From an uncultured Actinomycetota bacterium (GTDB lineage Bacteria; Actinomycetota; Actinomycetes; JAHEKZ01), in NCBI GenBank assembly GCA_963743915.1, contig CAVURN010000001.1, positions 128,001-192,000 of the forward strand: 64,000 bases of DNA. Direction: 5' to 3'. Below, in pieces: positions 45,704 through 55,249 of this stretch (position 1 is its first letter; the number at the start of each line of letters is the position of its first letter). A model generated the notes under the pieces. That model was not told where the DNA came from, made no database searches, and saw only the letters and a list, made by a program, of their open reading frames with translations. The translations under genes and the position numbers were made by a program.

Positions 45704-46747
45704 TCAGGACCCGACCGGCATCGCCAGCCACGCCTCGATGCCGTCGAGCATGTGCCGTTTGTGCGGGGCCGGGGCGTAGGACGCCTCGACCGAGGACCGG
45801 GCGAGTGCCGCCAACGCCGCGTCGTCGAAGCCGTGCACCTCGCGGGCGATCACGTACTGCTCGGTGAGCCTCGAGCCGAAGAGCAGCGGGTCATCTGCGC
45901 CCAGTGCCACCCGCACACCGGCGTCGACCAACGTGCGCAGGGGGACCTCTGCAGCAGTGTCGAAGACACCGAGAGCGACGTTCGAGGCGGGACAGACCTC
46001 GAGTGGCACCCCGTCGTCCGCCAGGCGTTTGACGAGGTCGGGGTCTTCCACGCTGCGGACGCCGTGCCCGACCCGCGCGGCGCCGAGGACGTCGAGGCAG
46101 CCGCGGACGCTGTCAGCGCCGAGCAGCTCACCCCCGTGCGGGACGCCGACCAGGCCCGCCCGGCGCGCGATGCGGAAGGCGTCAGCGAAGTGCTCGGGCT
46201 TGCCGCGTCGCTCGTCGTTCGCCAGTCCGAAGCCGATCACCCCCTGGTCGGTGTACTGGGCTGCCAGCCGGGCGAGGGTCCGCGCGTCGAGCGGGTGCCG
46301 GGTTCGGTTGGCCCCGACGATCAGTCCGATGGCGAGCCCGGTGGACCCCGACGCCGCACGCACCGCGTCCAGGATGAGCTCGAGGGTCGCGGTGAGACCG
46401 TCGAAGCGGGCGGCGTAGCCGGAGGGGTCGACCTGGATCTCCAACCACTGCGAGCCGTCGGCGACCTCGTCCTCAGCCACCTCGCGCAGCAGGCGGAAGA
46501 GGTCCTCCGGCTCGCGCAGCACCGACCGTGCCGTGTCGTAGAGCCGCTGGAACCGGAACCAGCCGCGCTCGTCGGTGGCGCGCAGCTCAGGGGGCGTCTC
46601 GGCGGTCAGGGCCTCCGGCAGGTGGACGTGGTGGCGTCCAGCCAGATCGATCATGGTGGCGTGCCGCATCGCCCCGGTGAAGTGCAGGTGGAGGTGCGCC
46701 TTGGGCAGTCGGCGCAGGTCGCGGCCGCTGCTGCCGTCCCGCGTCAC
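45704..46747 (-). CDS. add: Adenosine/adenine deaminase family protein
   Basis: LPKAHLHLH, HGGE, RVGHG, EVCPASN, GADDP. Confidence 0.9.
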   Translation of the reverse strand: MTRDGSSGRDLRRLPKAHLHLHFTGAMRHATMIDLAGRHHVHLPEALTAETPPELRATDERGWFRFQRLYDTARSVLREPEDLFRLLREVAEDEVADGSQWLEIQVDPSGYAARFDGLTATLELILDAVRAASGSTGLAIGLIVGANRTRHPLDARTLARLAAQYTDQGVIGFGLANDERRGKPEHFADAFRIARRAGLVGVPHGGELLGADSVRGCLDVLGAARVGHGVRSVEDPDLVKRLADDGVPLEVCPASNVALGVFDTAAEVPLRTLVDAGVRVALGADDPLLFGSRLTEQYVIAREVHGFDDAALAALARSSVEASYAPAPHKRHMLDGIEAWLAMPVGS

Positions 46748-46786
46748 CGAGCCTCCACCCGTCCAGGGTAGGGACCGGATGACCGG

Positions 46787-46806
46787 TTCGGGACCTTGGT
46801 CCCGAA
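46787..46806. promoter_or_regulatory. DosR/DevR-type 20-bp palindrome TTCGGGACCTTGGTCCCGAA
   Basis: Perfect 9-bp arms; 18/20 match to TTSGGGACTWWAGTCCCSAA. Confidence 0.75.
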
Positions 46807-46820
46807 GGGGAGAGGACTTC

Positions 46821-46836
46821 ATACCCTGGGGGGTAT
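46821..46836. promoter_or_regulatory. CsoR/CstR/RcnR-family operator ATACCCTGGGGGGTAT
   Basis: ATACCC/GGGTAT arms with a G-tract; covers the -35 position of a putative TACTGT -10 (46850-46855) upstream of sqr. Confidence 0.7.
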
Positions 46837-46918
46837 CCGCTCACGCTCCTACTGTGGGTCCTGGAAGTCCCCCACGGACCCAGTCCTGGTGGAGGTTCAC
46901 GAAGACTCGGGAGGGCTC

Positions 46919-48167
46919 ATGAAGCGCCTGCTCGTTCTCGGCGGCGGAACCGCCGGAACCATGGTCGTCAACAAGCTCCGTCCGCGACTGCCCCGCAATG
47001 AGTGGCAGATCACGGTCGTCGAGCAGCGCGACGTCCACTACTACCAGCCCGGCTACCTCTTCATCCCGTTCGGCGCGTACACCCCGAGCGAGGTCGTCAA
47101 GCCGGTGCAGAAGTTCATGCCCGACGGTGTGGACCTCGTCCACGGCGAGATCGACCGCGTCGACGCCGAGGCGAACCAGGTGCTGCTCACCGACGGCACG
47201 ACGCTCGGGTACGACCAGCTCGTCATCGCGACCGGCACCACGCCGCGTCCGGCCGAGACCCCGGGCATGGACGAGGGGGAGTGGCGCAAGAGCATTCACG
47301 AGTTCTACACCCATGAGGGTGCGACAGCGCTGGGCGAGAAGCTGAAGGACTGGCAGGGCGGACGCCTCGTGGTCCACATCGTCGACATGCCCATCAAGTG
47401 CCCGGTCGCCCCGCTGGAGTTCACCTTCCTGGCCGACTCGTTCTTCCGCGAGCACGGGATCCGGGACCAGGTCGAGATCGTCTACGTCACGCCGCTTCCC
47501 GGCGCCTTCACCAAGCCGATCGCCTCGGACCACCTCGGCGGCATGCTCGAGGAGCGCAAGGTCGAGGTCGAGTCCGACTTCATGGTCGAGAGCATCGACC
47601 CCGAGGCCAAGAAGCTGGTCTCGTACGACGAGCGCGAGGTGCCGTTCGACCTGCTCGTGACGATCCCGCTCAACATGGGCGCCGACTTCGTGGCGCGCTC
47701 GGGACTCGGTGACGACCTCAATTACGTGAAGGTCGACAAGCACACCTTCCTGTCCACGCAGTACGACAACGTCTTCGCCGTCGGGTGACGCCTCGAACAT
47801 CCCTGCGTCCAAGGCGGGCTCAGTGGCGCACTTCGCGGTGGACATCTTCACCCACAACTTCCTGCGTCACATCGACGGACTGCCGATGGACGAGAAGTTC
47901 GACGGACACGCGAACTGCTTCATCGAGTCCGGTGGCGGCAAGGGCCTGCTGATCGACTTCAACTACGACACCGAGCCCATGCCGGGCAAGTACCCGCTTC
48001 CCGGGATCGGCCCCTTCAGCCTGCTGAAGGAGACCGAGCTCAACCACTGGGGCAAGCTGATGTTCCGCTGGATCTACTGGAACGTCCTGCTCCCTGGCAA
48101 GGAGCTGCCGCTGCCGGCGCTCATGTCGATGGCGGGCAAGGAAGTCCCTGACGAGGTGGCGTCATGA
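46919..48167 (+). CDS. sqr: Sulfide:quinone oxidoreductase (type III-like flavoprotein); +1 G indel near 47784
   Basis: VLGGGTAG FAD motif, HYYQPG, IATG, catalytic Cys in IKCPVAP and HANCFIES, VGD, NHWGKLMFRWIYW amphipathic tail. Confidence 0.88.
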
Positions 48168-48874
48168 CCGCGGTCACGACGCCCCTGACGACCGACGAGC
48201 GTCTCGAGCTGCTCACCGAGCAGGTCGCGATGATGGCCGAGGAGCTACGGACCCAGCGTGCCCAACGCGAGCGGTGGGCGGAACTCGTGACCGACTCCGC
48301 ACCCGTCGTCAGCGGCGCCATGGACATGGTGACGCGTGAGCTCGACACGCTCAGCGACGACGTCACGATCGAGGACGCCGCGCGACTGGCTCGCACGCTG
48401 GCCCGCGCCGTCCCCACGATGGAGGCGATGCTCGCCCAGCTGGAGTCGCTGCACTCGTTGACCCAGGATGTCGTGCCGTTGGCATCACCGGCGATGGCCA
48501 CCCTCACGACGGCGCTCCAGGAAGCCGAGGACAAGGGGTACTTCACCTTCGCCCGCGGCGGGTTCGAGATCGTCGACCAGGTCGTCACCTCGTTCGACGA
48601 GGACGACGTCAAGGCTCTCGGCGACAACGTCGTGCTGATCCTGAACACGGTCAAGGAGCTGACCCAGCCCGAGGTGATGGCGCTGCTGCAGCGCACCGCC
48701 ATCACGGCCCAGGAGGTCGACGACGAGTTCGCCGAGCCGCCTTCGATGTTCGCTCTGCTCAAGCAGATGCGAGACCCCCAGACCCGCAGAGGGCTTGGTC
48801 GTGTCATGACCATGCTCCACACCATCGGCGCCGAGCAGTCGGCGTCCCGCTCAACCCCACCAGAAGAGAGGTAA
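48164..48874 (+). CDS. DUF1641 domain all-helical protein
   Basis: C-terminal PPSMFALLKQMRDPQTRRGLG signature; heptad-like amphipathic helices; ATGA overlap with sqr. Confidence 0.8.
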   Translation: MTAVTTPLTTDERLELLTEQVAMMAEELRTQRAQRERWAELVTDSAPVVSGAMDMVTRELDTLSDDVTIEDAARLARTLARAVPTMEAMLAQLESLHSLTQDVVPLASPAMATLTTALQEAEDKGYFTFARGGFEIVDQVVTSFDEDDVKALGDNVVLILNTVKELTQPEVMALLQRTAITAQEVDDEFAEPPSMFALLKQMRDPQTRRGLGRVMTMLHTIGAEQSASRSTPPEER

Positions 48875-48878
48875 GACC

Positions 48879-49193
48879 ATGCCAGTCACCACGATCAGCG
48901 GACGCGACATCCACGTCGACGACGAAGGATTCCTGACCGAGTACGACGAGTGGGACGAGAACCTGGCCAAGGTGCTCGCCACCAACATCGGCATCGACCT
49001 CACCGACGAGCACTGGCAGGCGATCCGGTTCGTCCGGGACGACTTCAAGGCTCAGGGCGAGACGCCGACCATCCGTCGCGTGTCCTCCGTCGGCGGCATC
49101 GACACCAAGAAGCTCTTCCAGCTCTTCCCCAAGAAGCCGGCCAAGAAGATGTCCTACATCGCCGGTGTCCCCAAGCCGCACGGCTGCGTGTGA
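48879..49193 (+). CDS. TusE/DsrC-family sulfur carrier with only the C-terminal Cys
   Basis: VDDEGFL, W, LTDEHW, LFQLFP, AGVPKPHGCV. Confidence 0.92.
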   Translation: MPVTTISGRDIHVDDEGFLTEYDEWDENLAKVLATNIGIDLTDEHWQAIRFVRDDFKAQGETPTIRRVSSVGGIDTKKLFQLFPKKPAKKMSYIAGVPKPHGCV

Positions 49194-49222
49194 GCGCGGC
49201 GGACGAACGAGAGGAAACCACC

Positions 49223-49753
49223 ATGAGCACCGAGACCCAGACCCCCATCGTGCCCGCGTTCGACGACGAGGACACCGACCGCAAGCTCGCCATCATCTGC
49301 AGCAAGGGCAACCTCGACATGGCTTACCCGGCACTGGTGCTGGGCAACGCCGCCCTCGGCGAGGGCATCGAGACGCACCTGTTCTTCACCTTCTGGGGCT
49401 TCGACATGATCACGAAGTCGCGGATGAACGACCTGAAGTTCAGCCCCGTGGGCAACACCGCCATGCACCTGCCCGTCGGGGACGTACGCATCCCTCAGGC
49501 CCTGGCGCCCATGCCCGGCATGCAGCCCATGGCGACCAAGATGATCAAGCAGCAGATCGCCGAACTCGGCATCCCCGAGGTCCCGGAGTTCCTCGAGCAG
49601 ATCGTGGCCTCTGGCGGTCACCTGTGGGCGTGCCGCATGTCCGCCGACATGAACCACCTCACCGAGGAGGACCTCTACGACGGCGTCGAGGCGATCATCA
49701 ACGCCTCCGACTTCATCGAGATGACCGATGGCGCGCAGCTGCTGTTCATCTGA
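49223..49753 (+). CDS. DsrE2-type (DsrE/DsrF/DrsH-like) sulfurtransferase
   Basis: KLAIICSKGNLDMAYP, LFFTFWG, active-site ACRMS, C-terminal LFI. Confidence 0.88.
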   Translation: MSTETQTPIVPAFDDEDTDRKLAIICSKGNLDMAYPALVLGNAALGEGIETHLFFTFWGFDMITKSRMNDLKFSPVGNTAMHLPVGDVRIPQALAPMPGMQPMATKMIKQQIAELGIPEVPEFLEQIVASGGHLWACRMSADMNHLTEEDLYDGVEAIINASDFIEMTDGAQLLFI

Positions 49754-49837
49754 CCCAGGCATCGGATGGCCGGTCTGTGGTGGTACCGGTCACCCGAGCG
49801 CCGTCGCTGTGACCTGACTGGCGTCACGCGGCGGTTC

Positions 49838-49882
49838 GCGGCCCCGGCCGGCTCCGTGGGGGAGCCCTCCGGCCGGGGCCGC
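49838..49882. terminator. GC-rich hairpin downstream of the sqr operon
   Basis: GCGGCCCCGGCCGG...CCGGCCGGGGCCGC inverted repeat. Confidence 0.55.
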
Positions 49883-49937
49883 ACCTTGCCGTCACTCGGG
49901 TCGAGCTGCTGGTGGCAGTGACGGCGTGGGCGACCCA

Positions 49938-50921
49938 TCAATCGACACGCCTTGCAGATGGATTCCCCGCGGAGCCGGACGTCGATCGACGCTCATGACG
50001 TATCGAAGTAGCGTCGAAGCGACGATGCAGCCGTGGTCGCTCTGATGTCGGAGGGCGAAGCCCGCAAACCGCAGGACGGTCCGACTTGCCGTCATCAACG
50101 ACAACCGCGTTGTTCCGATCGAGGTCGTCGCACCAGCCGAGGCACATCCATGTGCTGCTGTCCGTCGATCTCCGCGACGAGGTCGTACTCGTCGAACACG
50201 GCGTCCAGGTACCGCAGCCGACCGGACGAATCGCGCCTCCGTACCTGCCGGGTGGGCATGGGAAGCCCGGTTCCCACGGCACAGTCGCAGGAACAGCATC
50301 TCGTACTCACTCAGCGAGCCTCCAGCCACGTCGCGGCAGGGTACTCGACGATCAGGGCGCGCCGGTGCTGGGAGCGTCAGCCGGGGTGCGATCGCCAGTT
50401 GAAGGGCCTCCGGCGCACGAGGCTTCTGCTGCACCGAGGCAGCCAGGATGCGCTTGGGTCTGTCAGTGGTGTGACGGCCCATGTCGGCAGCGTCGATGAT
50501 GGAGCGTTGGATCCGGGTGCGCCGCGGTAGGCGCACCGGGTGGATGTCCCGCTCGGAGAGTCGCTCCGAGGAATGGACCTTCACGCCCGGCATGGCGCGT
50601 GGATTGCGCGCCCCTGGGCACCAGGAGGTGCTGAGGTGGGGGTGCGGCGAAACCGCGAAAGGCCGTCGAGATCGGCTGCCGTGAGAGCCGGCGGTGGTGG
50701 CCTCGGGCCCATGTGCGATCAATGCGCACCACGAGCCGCTCGTCGTGGGTGAGCGGGTCCGGAGTGAAGGACGATCACGCCCTTGGAGCGGGCTCTGCCA
50801 CCGCGCTCGCTCGACCATCCACCGGACGTGCCCGCCGTCCGAACTGGGCGATGGCGCGTCACGACGGACATCACGGTGCACTGCGCAGCGACGGGACATG
50901 GCCGAACCATCTGAGCGCCAT
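49938..50921 (-). CDS. AbiEi-like N-terminus / DUF559-type PD-(D/E)xK endonuclease-like protein, heavily frameshifted (possible pseudogene; ends approximate)
   Basis: Fragments RWQSP, GVIVLHSGP, VKVH, RTRIQRSIIDAA, GSLSEYE, GLPMPTRQV, RYLDAVF, VAEIDGQQH, DLDRNN, VLRF. Confidence 0.6.
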
Positions 50922-51030
50922 GATCGTGGTGATGGCTGGCGAGTCCGGCAGATCCTCGGCGCGACGACGGTGTGGAGGGCGGAGTGCACCCGCAAGTGCT
51001 GTCAGGGCAACCCTTGCTGCGACAGCTCGC

Positions 51031-52248
51031 CTACTGGGCGTCGGCGAGCAGCTTGCCGAGGCGGGTGACGCCCTCGACGAGGTCGTCGTCACCGAGGGCG
51101 TACGACATCCTCAGGTAGCCGGGCGTGCCGAACGCCTCGCCGGGCACCACGGCCACCTCAGCGACGTCGAGCGCGACGTCGGCCAAGGAGAGTGACGAGT
51201 CGATCGCCGTTCCGTTGATGGTCTTGCCCAGCACACCTTTCACCGAGGGGTAGGCGTAGAACGCCCCCTCCGGCTCAGGGCAGGTGACGCCGGGGATGTC
51301 GTTGAGCATCGACACGATCGTGCGCCGACGCCGGTCGAACGCGACGCGCATCTCGGCCACGGCGTCCAGCGGTCCGGAGACCGCGGTGAGGGCGGCCACC
51401 TGTGCCACGTTGCTGACGTTGGACGTCGAGTGTGACTGCAGGTTCGCGGCTCCCTTGACGATGTCCTTCGGGCCGATCATCCAGCCCACCCGCCAGCCGG
51501 TCATCGCAAAGGTCTTGGCGACGCCGTTCACGACCACGCAGCGGTCGATGATCTCGGGCACCAGCGTCGGCAGCGAGCTGAACGTGGCGTCGCCGTAGAC
51601 GAGGTGCTCGTAGATCTCGTCGGTCATCACCCAGATGCCGTGCTCGACCGCCCATCGTCCGATGGCCTCGACCTCGGCGGGGGAGTAGACCGCCCCGGTG
51701 GGGTTCGAGGGCGAGACGAAGATGAGCATCTTCGTGCGCTCGGTACGGGCCGCCTCGAGCTGCTCGACCGTGGCCCGGTAGCCCGTGGCCTCGTCGGTGA
51801 CGACCGGTACCGGGATCCCGCCGAAGATGGACACCACCTCGGGGTAGGTCACCCAGTAGGGCGCCTGGATGATCACTTCGTCGCCGTGGTCGATGAGTGA
51901 GGCGACCGCGTTGAAGATCGCCTGCTTGCCTCCGTTGGTCACGAGCACCTGGGACGCGTCCACCGCCAGCCCGGAGTCACGGAGGGTCTTCTCTGCGATC
52001 GCCTCGCGCAGCGCAGGAAGACCTGCTGCCGGCGTGTAGCGGTGCCAGCGGGGGTCATGCGTGGCCGCGGCTGCCGCGTCCACGATGTAGTCAGGGGTCG
52101 GGAAGTCGGGTTCGCCGGCGCCGAAGCCGATGACAGGTCGTCCCGCGGCCTTCAGGGCCTTGGCCTTGGCATCGACCGCCAGGGTGGCTGACTCGGCGAT
52201 ACCCGCGACGCGAGCGGACAGGCGGGAGGGGGTCGGCGAGGCGTTCAT
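51031..52248 (-). CDS. aspC: Aspartate aminotransferase (class I PLP-dependent)
   Basis: [39 protein letters not shown]. Confidence 0.93.
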   Translation of the reverse strand: MNASPTPSRLSARVAGIAESATLAVDAKAKALKAAGRPVIGFGAGEPDFPTPDYIVDAAAAATHDPRWHRYTPAAGLPALREAIAEKTLRDSGLAVDASQVLVTNGGKQAIFNAVASLIDHGDEVIIQAPYWVTYPEVVSIFGGIPVPVVTDEATGYRATVEQLEAARTERTKMLIFVSPSNPTGAVYSPAEVEAIGRWAVEHGIWVMTDEIYEHLVYGDATFSSLPTLVPEIIDRCVVVNGVAKTFAMTGWRVGWMIGPKDIVKGAANLQSHSTSNVSNVAQVAALTAVSGPLDAVAEMRVAFDRRRRTIVSMLNDIPGVTCPEPEGAFYAYPSVKGVLGKTINGTAIDSSLSLADVALDVAEVAVVPGEAFGTPGYLRMSYALGDDDLVEGVTRLGKLLADAQ

Positions 52249-52480
52249 GGGGCCATCCTCCCACCGCTTCTCAGATGGGGGAGGAGGGTGTTCCACGGCT
52301 CCGGGCAGCCTCAGGCCCGGGGTGGCGCCGTCGACTCCGAGCGCGCAGGCGGCGGTTCGACTCCGGCGCCTCGGACCCCGTACACTCGACGGCCGGTGGC
52401 TTCTTGCCATGGTTTTGCCATGCCCGGGCGCCGGCGTGTCCCACGTCGCTCCCTGCACGGGCCTGGCAGGCGTCACCGGG

Positions 52481-52553
52481 AGGGCAGTAGCTCAATTGGC
52501 AGAGTCCCGGTCTCCAAAACCGGTGGTTGGGGGTTCGAGTCCCTCCTGCCCTG
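52481..52553 (+). tRNA. tRNA-Trp(CCA)
   Basis: AGGGCAG/CTGCCCT acceptor, CT-CCA-AA loop, GGTTCGAGTCC; canonical position before secE. Confidence 0.97.
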
Positions 52554-52625
52554 CGCACGACGGCGCCCGCCGTCGGCACGACAGGACGTCCGCTCCGGCG
52601 GACCGGAACGGGAAGGGTGAGGCTG

Positions 52626-52877
52626 GTGGCGGAGTCCCGCGGTTCGACGGCCACCCCTGAGCGCGGTCAGTCCCCCTCGGCGAGGAAGGGCCCGATCGCC
52701 AGGCTCCTGCTGTTCTACCGGCAGGTCGTGGCCGAGATGCGCAAGGTCGTGTGGCCGACCCGCAACGAGCTCATCACCTACACCGTCGTCGTGATCGTGT
52801 TCGTGGTCAGCTTCGCTGCCCTCGTCCTGTTGTTCGACATCGGCGTCGCCAAGGTCGTCGAATGGGTCTTCAGCTGA
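52626..52877 (+). CDS. secE: Preprotein translocase subunit SecE
   Basis: [13 protein letters not shown] plus a single TM helix. Confidence 0.95.
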   Translation: MAESRGSTATPERGQSPSARKGPIARLLLFYRQVVAEMRKVVWPTRNELITYTVVVIVFVVSFAALVLLFDIGVAKVVEWVFS

Positions 52878-52906
52878 CCCCCGCCCTACCGTCAGGAGTT
52901 CCTCCC

Positions 52907-53680
52907 GTGTCTGAGCTGGAAAACGGCGCCACCGTCGACGTCACTGACGACGTCACGGTCCAGGCGGCTGCCGACGACGCGCCCGTCGCCGACGAGGCTG
53001 CCGTCGTCACGGAGCCGCCGGTGGAGGAGCCCTCCACGGAGACGCCCGCCGACGACGGCGAGGGCTCGGGCGAGCCCGAGACGGACCCGCGCGAGGAGTT
53101 CCGTGAGCACCTGCTGAGCCTGCCCGGTGACTGGTACGTCGTGCACTCCTACGCCGGCTACGAGAACCGCGTGAAGCACAACCTCGAGAACCGCCGCGCC
53201 TCGCTGTCGATGGAGGATTTCGTCCACGACATCCAGGTGCCCCAGGAAGAGGTCATCGAGATCAAGCAGGGGCAGCGCAAGCAGGTGAAGCGCAACAAGT
53301 TCCCCGGCTACGTGCTCGTGCGCATGGACCTCACCGACGAGTCGTGGTCCACGGTGCGTCACACGCCCGGCGTCACCGGCTTCGTCGGTCACGCCCACCA
53401 GCCCACCCCGCTCACGCTCGACGAGGTCATCTCGATCCTCTACGTCGAGCCCGAGGCCGTGGCAGGAAAGCCGTCGGCCGGTGGCGCGGCAAAGGCCGAG
53501 GCCACCTTCGTCGACTTCGAGGTGGGCGAGTCGGTGACGGTCATCGACGGCGCATTCGCCACTCTCCCGGCGACGATCAACGAGATCAACCCTGATGCCC
53601 AGAAGCTGAAGGTCCTCGTCTCGATCTTCGGACGCGAGACCCCGGTCGAGCTCTCGTTCGACCAGGTCCAGAAGCTCTGA
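52907..53680 (+). CDS. nusG: Transcription termination/antitermination factor NusG with acidic N-terminal extension
   Basis: [32 protein letters not shown] domain, [10 protein letters not shown]. Confidence 0.97.
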   Translation: MSELENGATVDVTDDVTVQAAADDAPVADEAAVVTEPPVEEPSTETPADDGEGSGEPETDPREEFREHLLSLPGDWYVVHSYAGYENRVKHNLENRRASLSMEDFVHDIQVPQEEVIEIKQGQRKQVKRNKFPGYVLVRMDLTDESWSTVRHTPGVTGFVGHAHQPTPLTLDEVISILYVEPEAVAGKPSAGGAAKAEATFVDFEVGESVTVIDGAFATLPATINEINPDAQKLKVLVSIFGRETPVELSFDQVQKL

Positions 53681-53690
53681 CCTCCGGCCG

Positions 53691-53720
53691 CTCTCGACAA
53701 CCCTCGACAACCCTCGACAA
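53691..53720 (+). repeat. 10-bp tandem repeat x3 (CYCTCGACAA)
   Basis: ctctcgacaa ccctcgacaa ccctcgacaa directly before the rplK RBS. Confidence 0.9.
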
Positions 53721-53732
53721 GAAGGACCAGCA

Positions 53733-54165
53733 ATGCCTCCCAAGAAGAAGGTCGCCGGTCTGATCAAGCTTCAGATCGAAGCCGGTCAGGCCAACCCTGC
53801 GCCGCCCGTGGGCCCCGCCCTCGGCCAGCACGGCGTCAACATCATGGAGTTCTGCAAGGCGTACAACGCGGCGACGGAGTCGCAGCGGGGGAACGTGATC
53901 CCGGTGGAGATCACGGTGTACGAGGACCGTTCGTTCACGTTCATCACCAAGACGCCCGCCGGCCGCCAAGCTCATCCTCAAGGCCGCTGGCCTGGACAAG
54001 GGCTCCGGCGTCCCCCACAAGGACAAGGTCGGCTCGCTCACCCGCGAGCAGGTACGGTCCATCGCCGAGCAGAAGATGGCTGACCTCAATGCCAACGACC
54101 TCGACGCCGCCGAGAAGATCATTGCCGGAACCGCCCGCTCGATGGGCGTGACGGTCACCGAGTAG
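53733..54165 (+). CDS. rplK: 50S ribosomal protein L11 (+1 C indel near 53957)
   Basis: [23 protein letters not shown]; shifted frame continues [10 protein letters not shown]...IAGTARSMG. Confidence 0.97.
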
Positions 54166-54176
54166 CAGTACCGCAC

Positions 54177-54210
54177 TGTGGGAGGGCCAGGCGCTGGCCC
54201 ACGCACCACA
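54177..54210 (+). promoter_or_regulatory. Stem-internal loop-stem in the rplK-rplA spacer, candidate L1 autoregulatory site
   Basis: TGTGG/CCACA outer stem, GGGCCAG/CTGGCCC inner stem, asymmetric internal loop containing GA. Confidence 0.5.
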
Positions 54211-54251
54211 CCTGACGCACCGGTCCCCGGTGCAGAACTGGAGTCAGCACC

Positions 54252-54965
54252 ATGAAGCGCAGCAAGGGTTACCAGTCAGCGGCGTCCAAGATCGACGCGG
54301 ACGCGTTGTACTCGCCGCTCGAGGCGGTTCGACTGGCGAGGGACACCTCGCCGATGAAGAACCCCGCCACCGTCGAGGTCGCGATGCGTCTCGGCGTCGA
54401 CCCCCGCAAGGCCGACCAGATGGTCCGCGGCACGGTCAACCTGCCGCACGGCACCGGCAAGACCGCCCGGGTCATCGTGTTCGCGGCCGGTGAGAAGGCC
54501 GACCAGGCACGGGCTGCGGGCGCCGACGAGGTCGGCTCCGACGAGCTCATCGAGCGCGTGGCCGGCGGATGGACCGACTTCGACGCCGCAGTCTCCACGC
54601 CGGATCTGATGGGCAAGGTGGGACGCCTCGGCAAGGTGCTCGGTCCGCGCGGTCTGATGCCCAACCCCAAGACGGGCACGGTGACGATGGACGTCGCCAA
54701 GGCGGTCGAGGACATCAAGGGCGGCAAGATCGAGTTCCGGGTCGACCGACACGGCAACCTGCACCTGATCATCGGCAAGACCTCCTTCAGCGAGGCGCAG
54801 CTGGTGGAGAACTACGCCGCTGCGCTCGACGAGGTGCTCCGGCTCAAGCCGTCGTCAGCCAAGGGTCGCTACATCCGGAAGATCGCGGTCAGCACCACGA
54901 TGGGCCCCGGGATCCCGGTCGACCCGAACCGCACCCGGAACGTGACCGCCGACGACGCGAGCTGA
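54252..54965 (+). CDS. rplA: 50S ribosomal protein L1
   Basis: [46 protein letters not shown]. Confidence 0.98.
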   Translation: MKRSKGYQSAASKIDADALYSPLEAVRLARDTSPMKNPATVEVAMRLGVDPRKADQMVRGTVNLPHGTGKTARVIVFAAGEKADQARAAGADEVGSDELIERVAGGWTDFDAAVSTPDLMGKVGRLGKVLGPRGLMPNPKTGTVTMDVAKAVEDIKGGKIEFRVDRHGNLHLIIGKTSFSEAQLVENYAAALDEVLRLKPSSAKGRYIRKIAVSTTMGPGIPVDPNRTRNVTADDAS

Positions 54966-55044
54966 CGCCGCTGCCGGCGGCGGTGAGCCGCCGGCACAGC
55001 CCCGTTTTGACCCTCGGGCCGCCGGACCCGTACGCTGGCGGCTG

Positions 55045-55210
55045 CCAAAGACCGCCGGTTGCCGACGGGCCAGCACGATCCAGATCGAACAGGCCCCGAA
55101 GCCGAAGGCTCCGCGACTGCGGACGACCCGCGTAGGTGATCGAGAGTCCTGCCCGGACGCCATGCGCGTCCGGTCACGCCCCGAGCGCCTGCGCCGGGGC
55201 GTTCGTCGTT
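55045..55210 (+). ncRNA. Ribosomal protein L10 leader (cis-regulatory RNA)
   Basis: CCAAAGACCGCCGG...GAAGG...CCCGCGTAGG core and terminal CGCCCCG/CGGGGCG hairpin upstream of rplJ; TACGCT -10 just upstream. Confidence 0.75.
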
Positions 55211-55249
55211 CCGGGCCGGGCCACGGCGCAGGACCAACGAAGGAGAATC

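Noticed and set aside
47780-47790. In-frame TGA in sqr as possible selenocysteine or programmed recoding
   Set aside because: It arises from one extra G in GTCGG(G)TGAC; removing it restores the conserved VGDASN, the position is not a Cys site, and the downstream part is in another frame
48879-49753. DsrC/DsrE as evidence of dissimilatory sulfate reduction or reverse Dsr
   Set aside because: No dsrAB or dsrMK in the window and the carrier lacks the second Cys
52350-52372. GGTTCGACTCC T-loop-like sequence upstream of tRNA-Trp
   Set aside because: No cloverleaf can be built; it coincides with the likely -35 region of the TACACT promoter
53733-54165. rplK (and nuoD, menG, menF) as pseudogenes
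   Set aside because: Isolated indels in otherwise intact conserved genes are better explained by sequencing error
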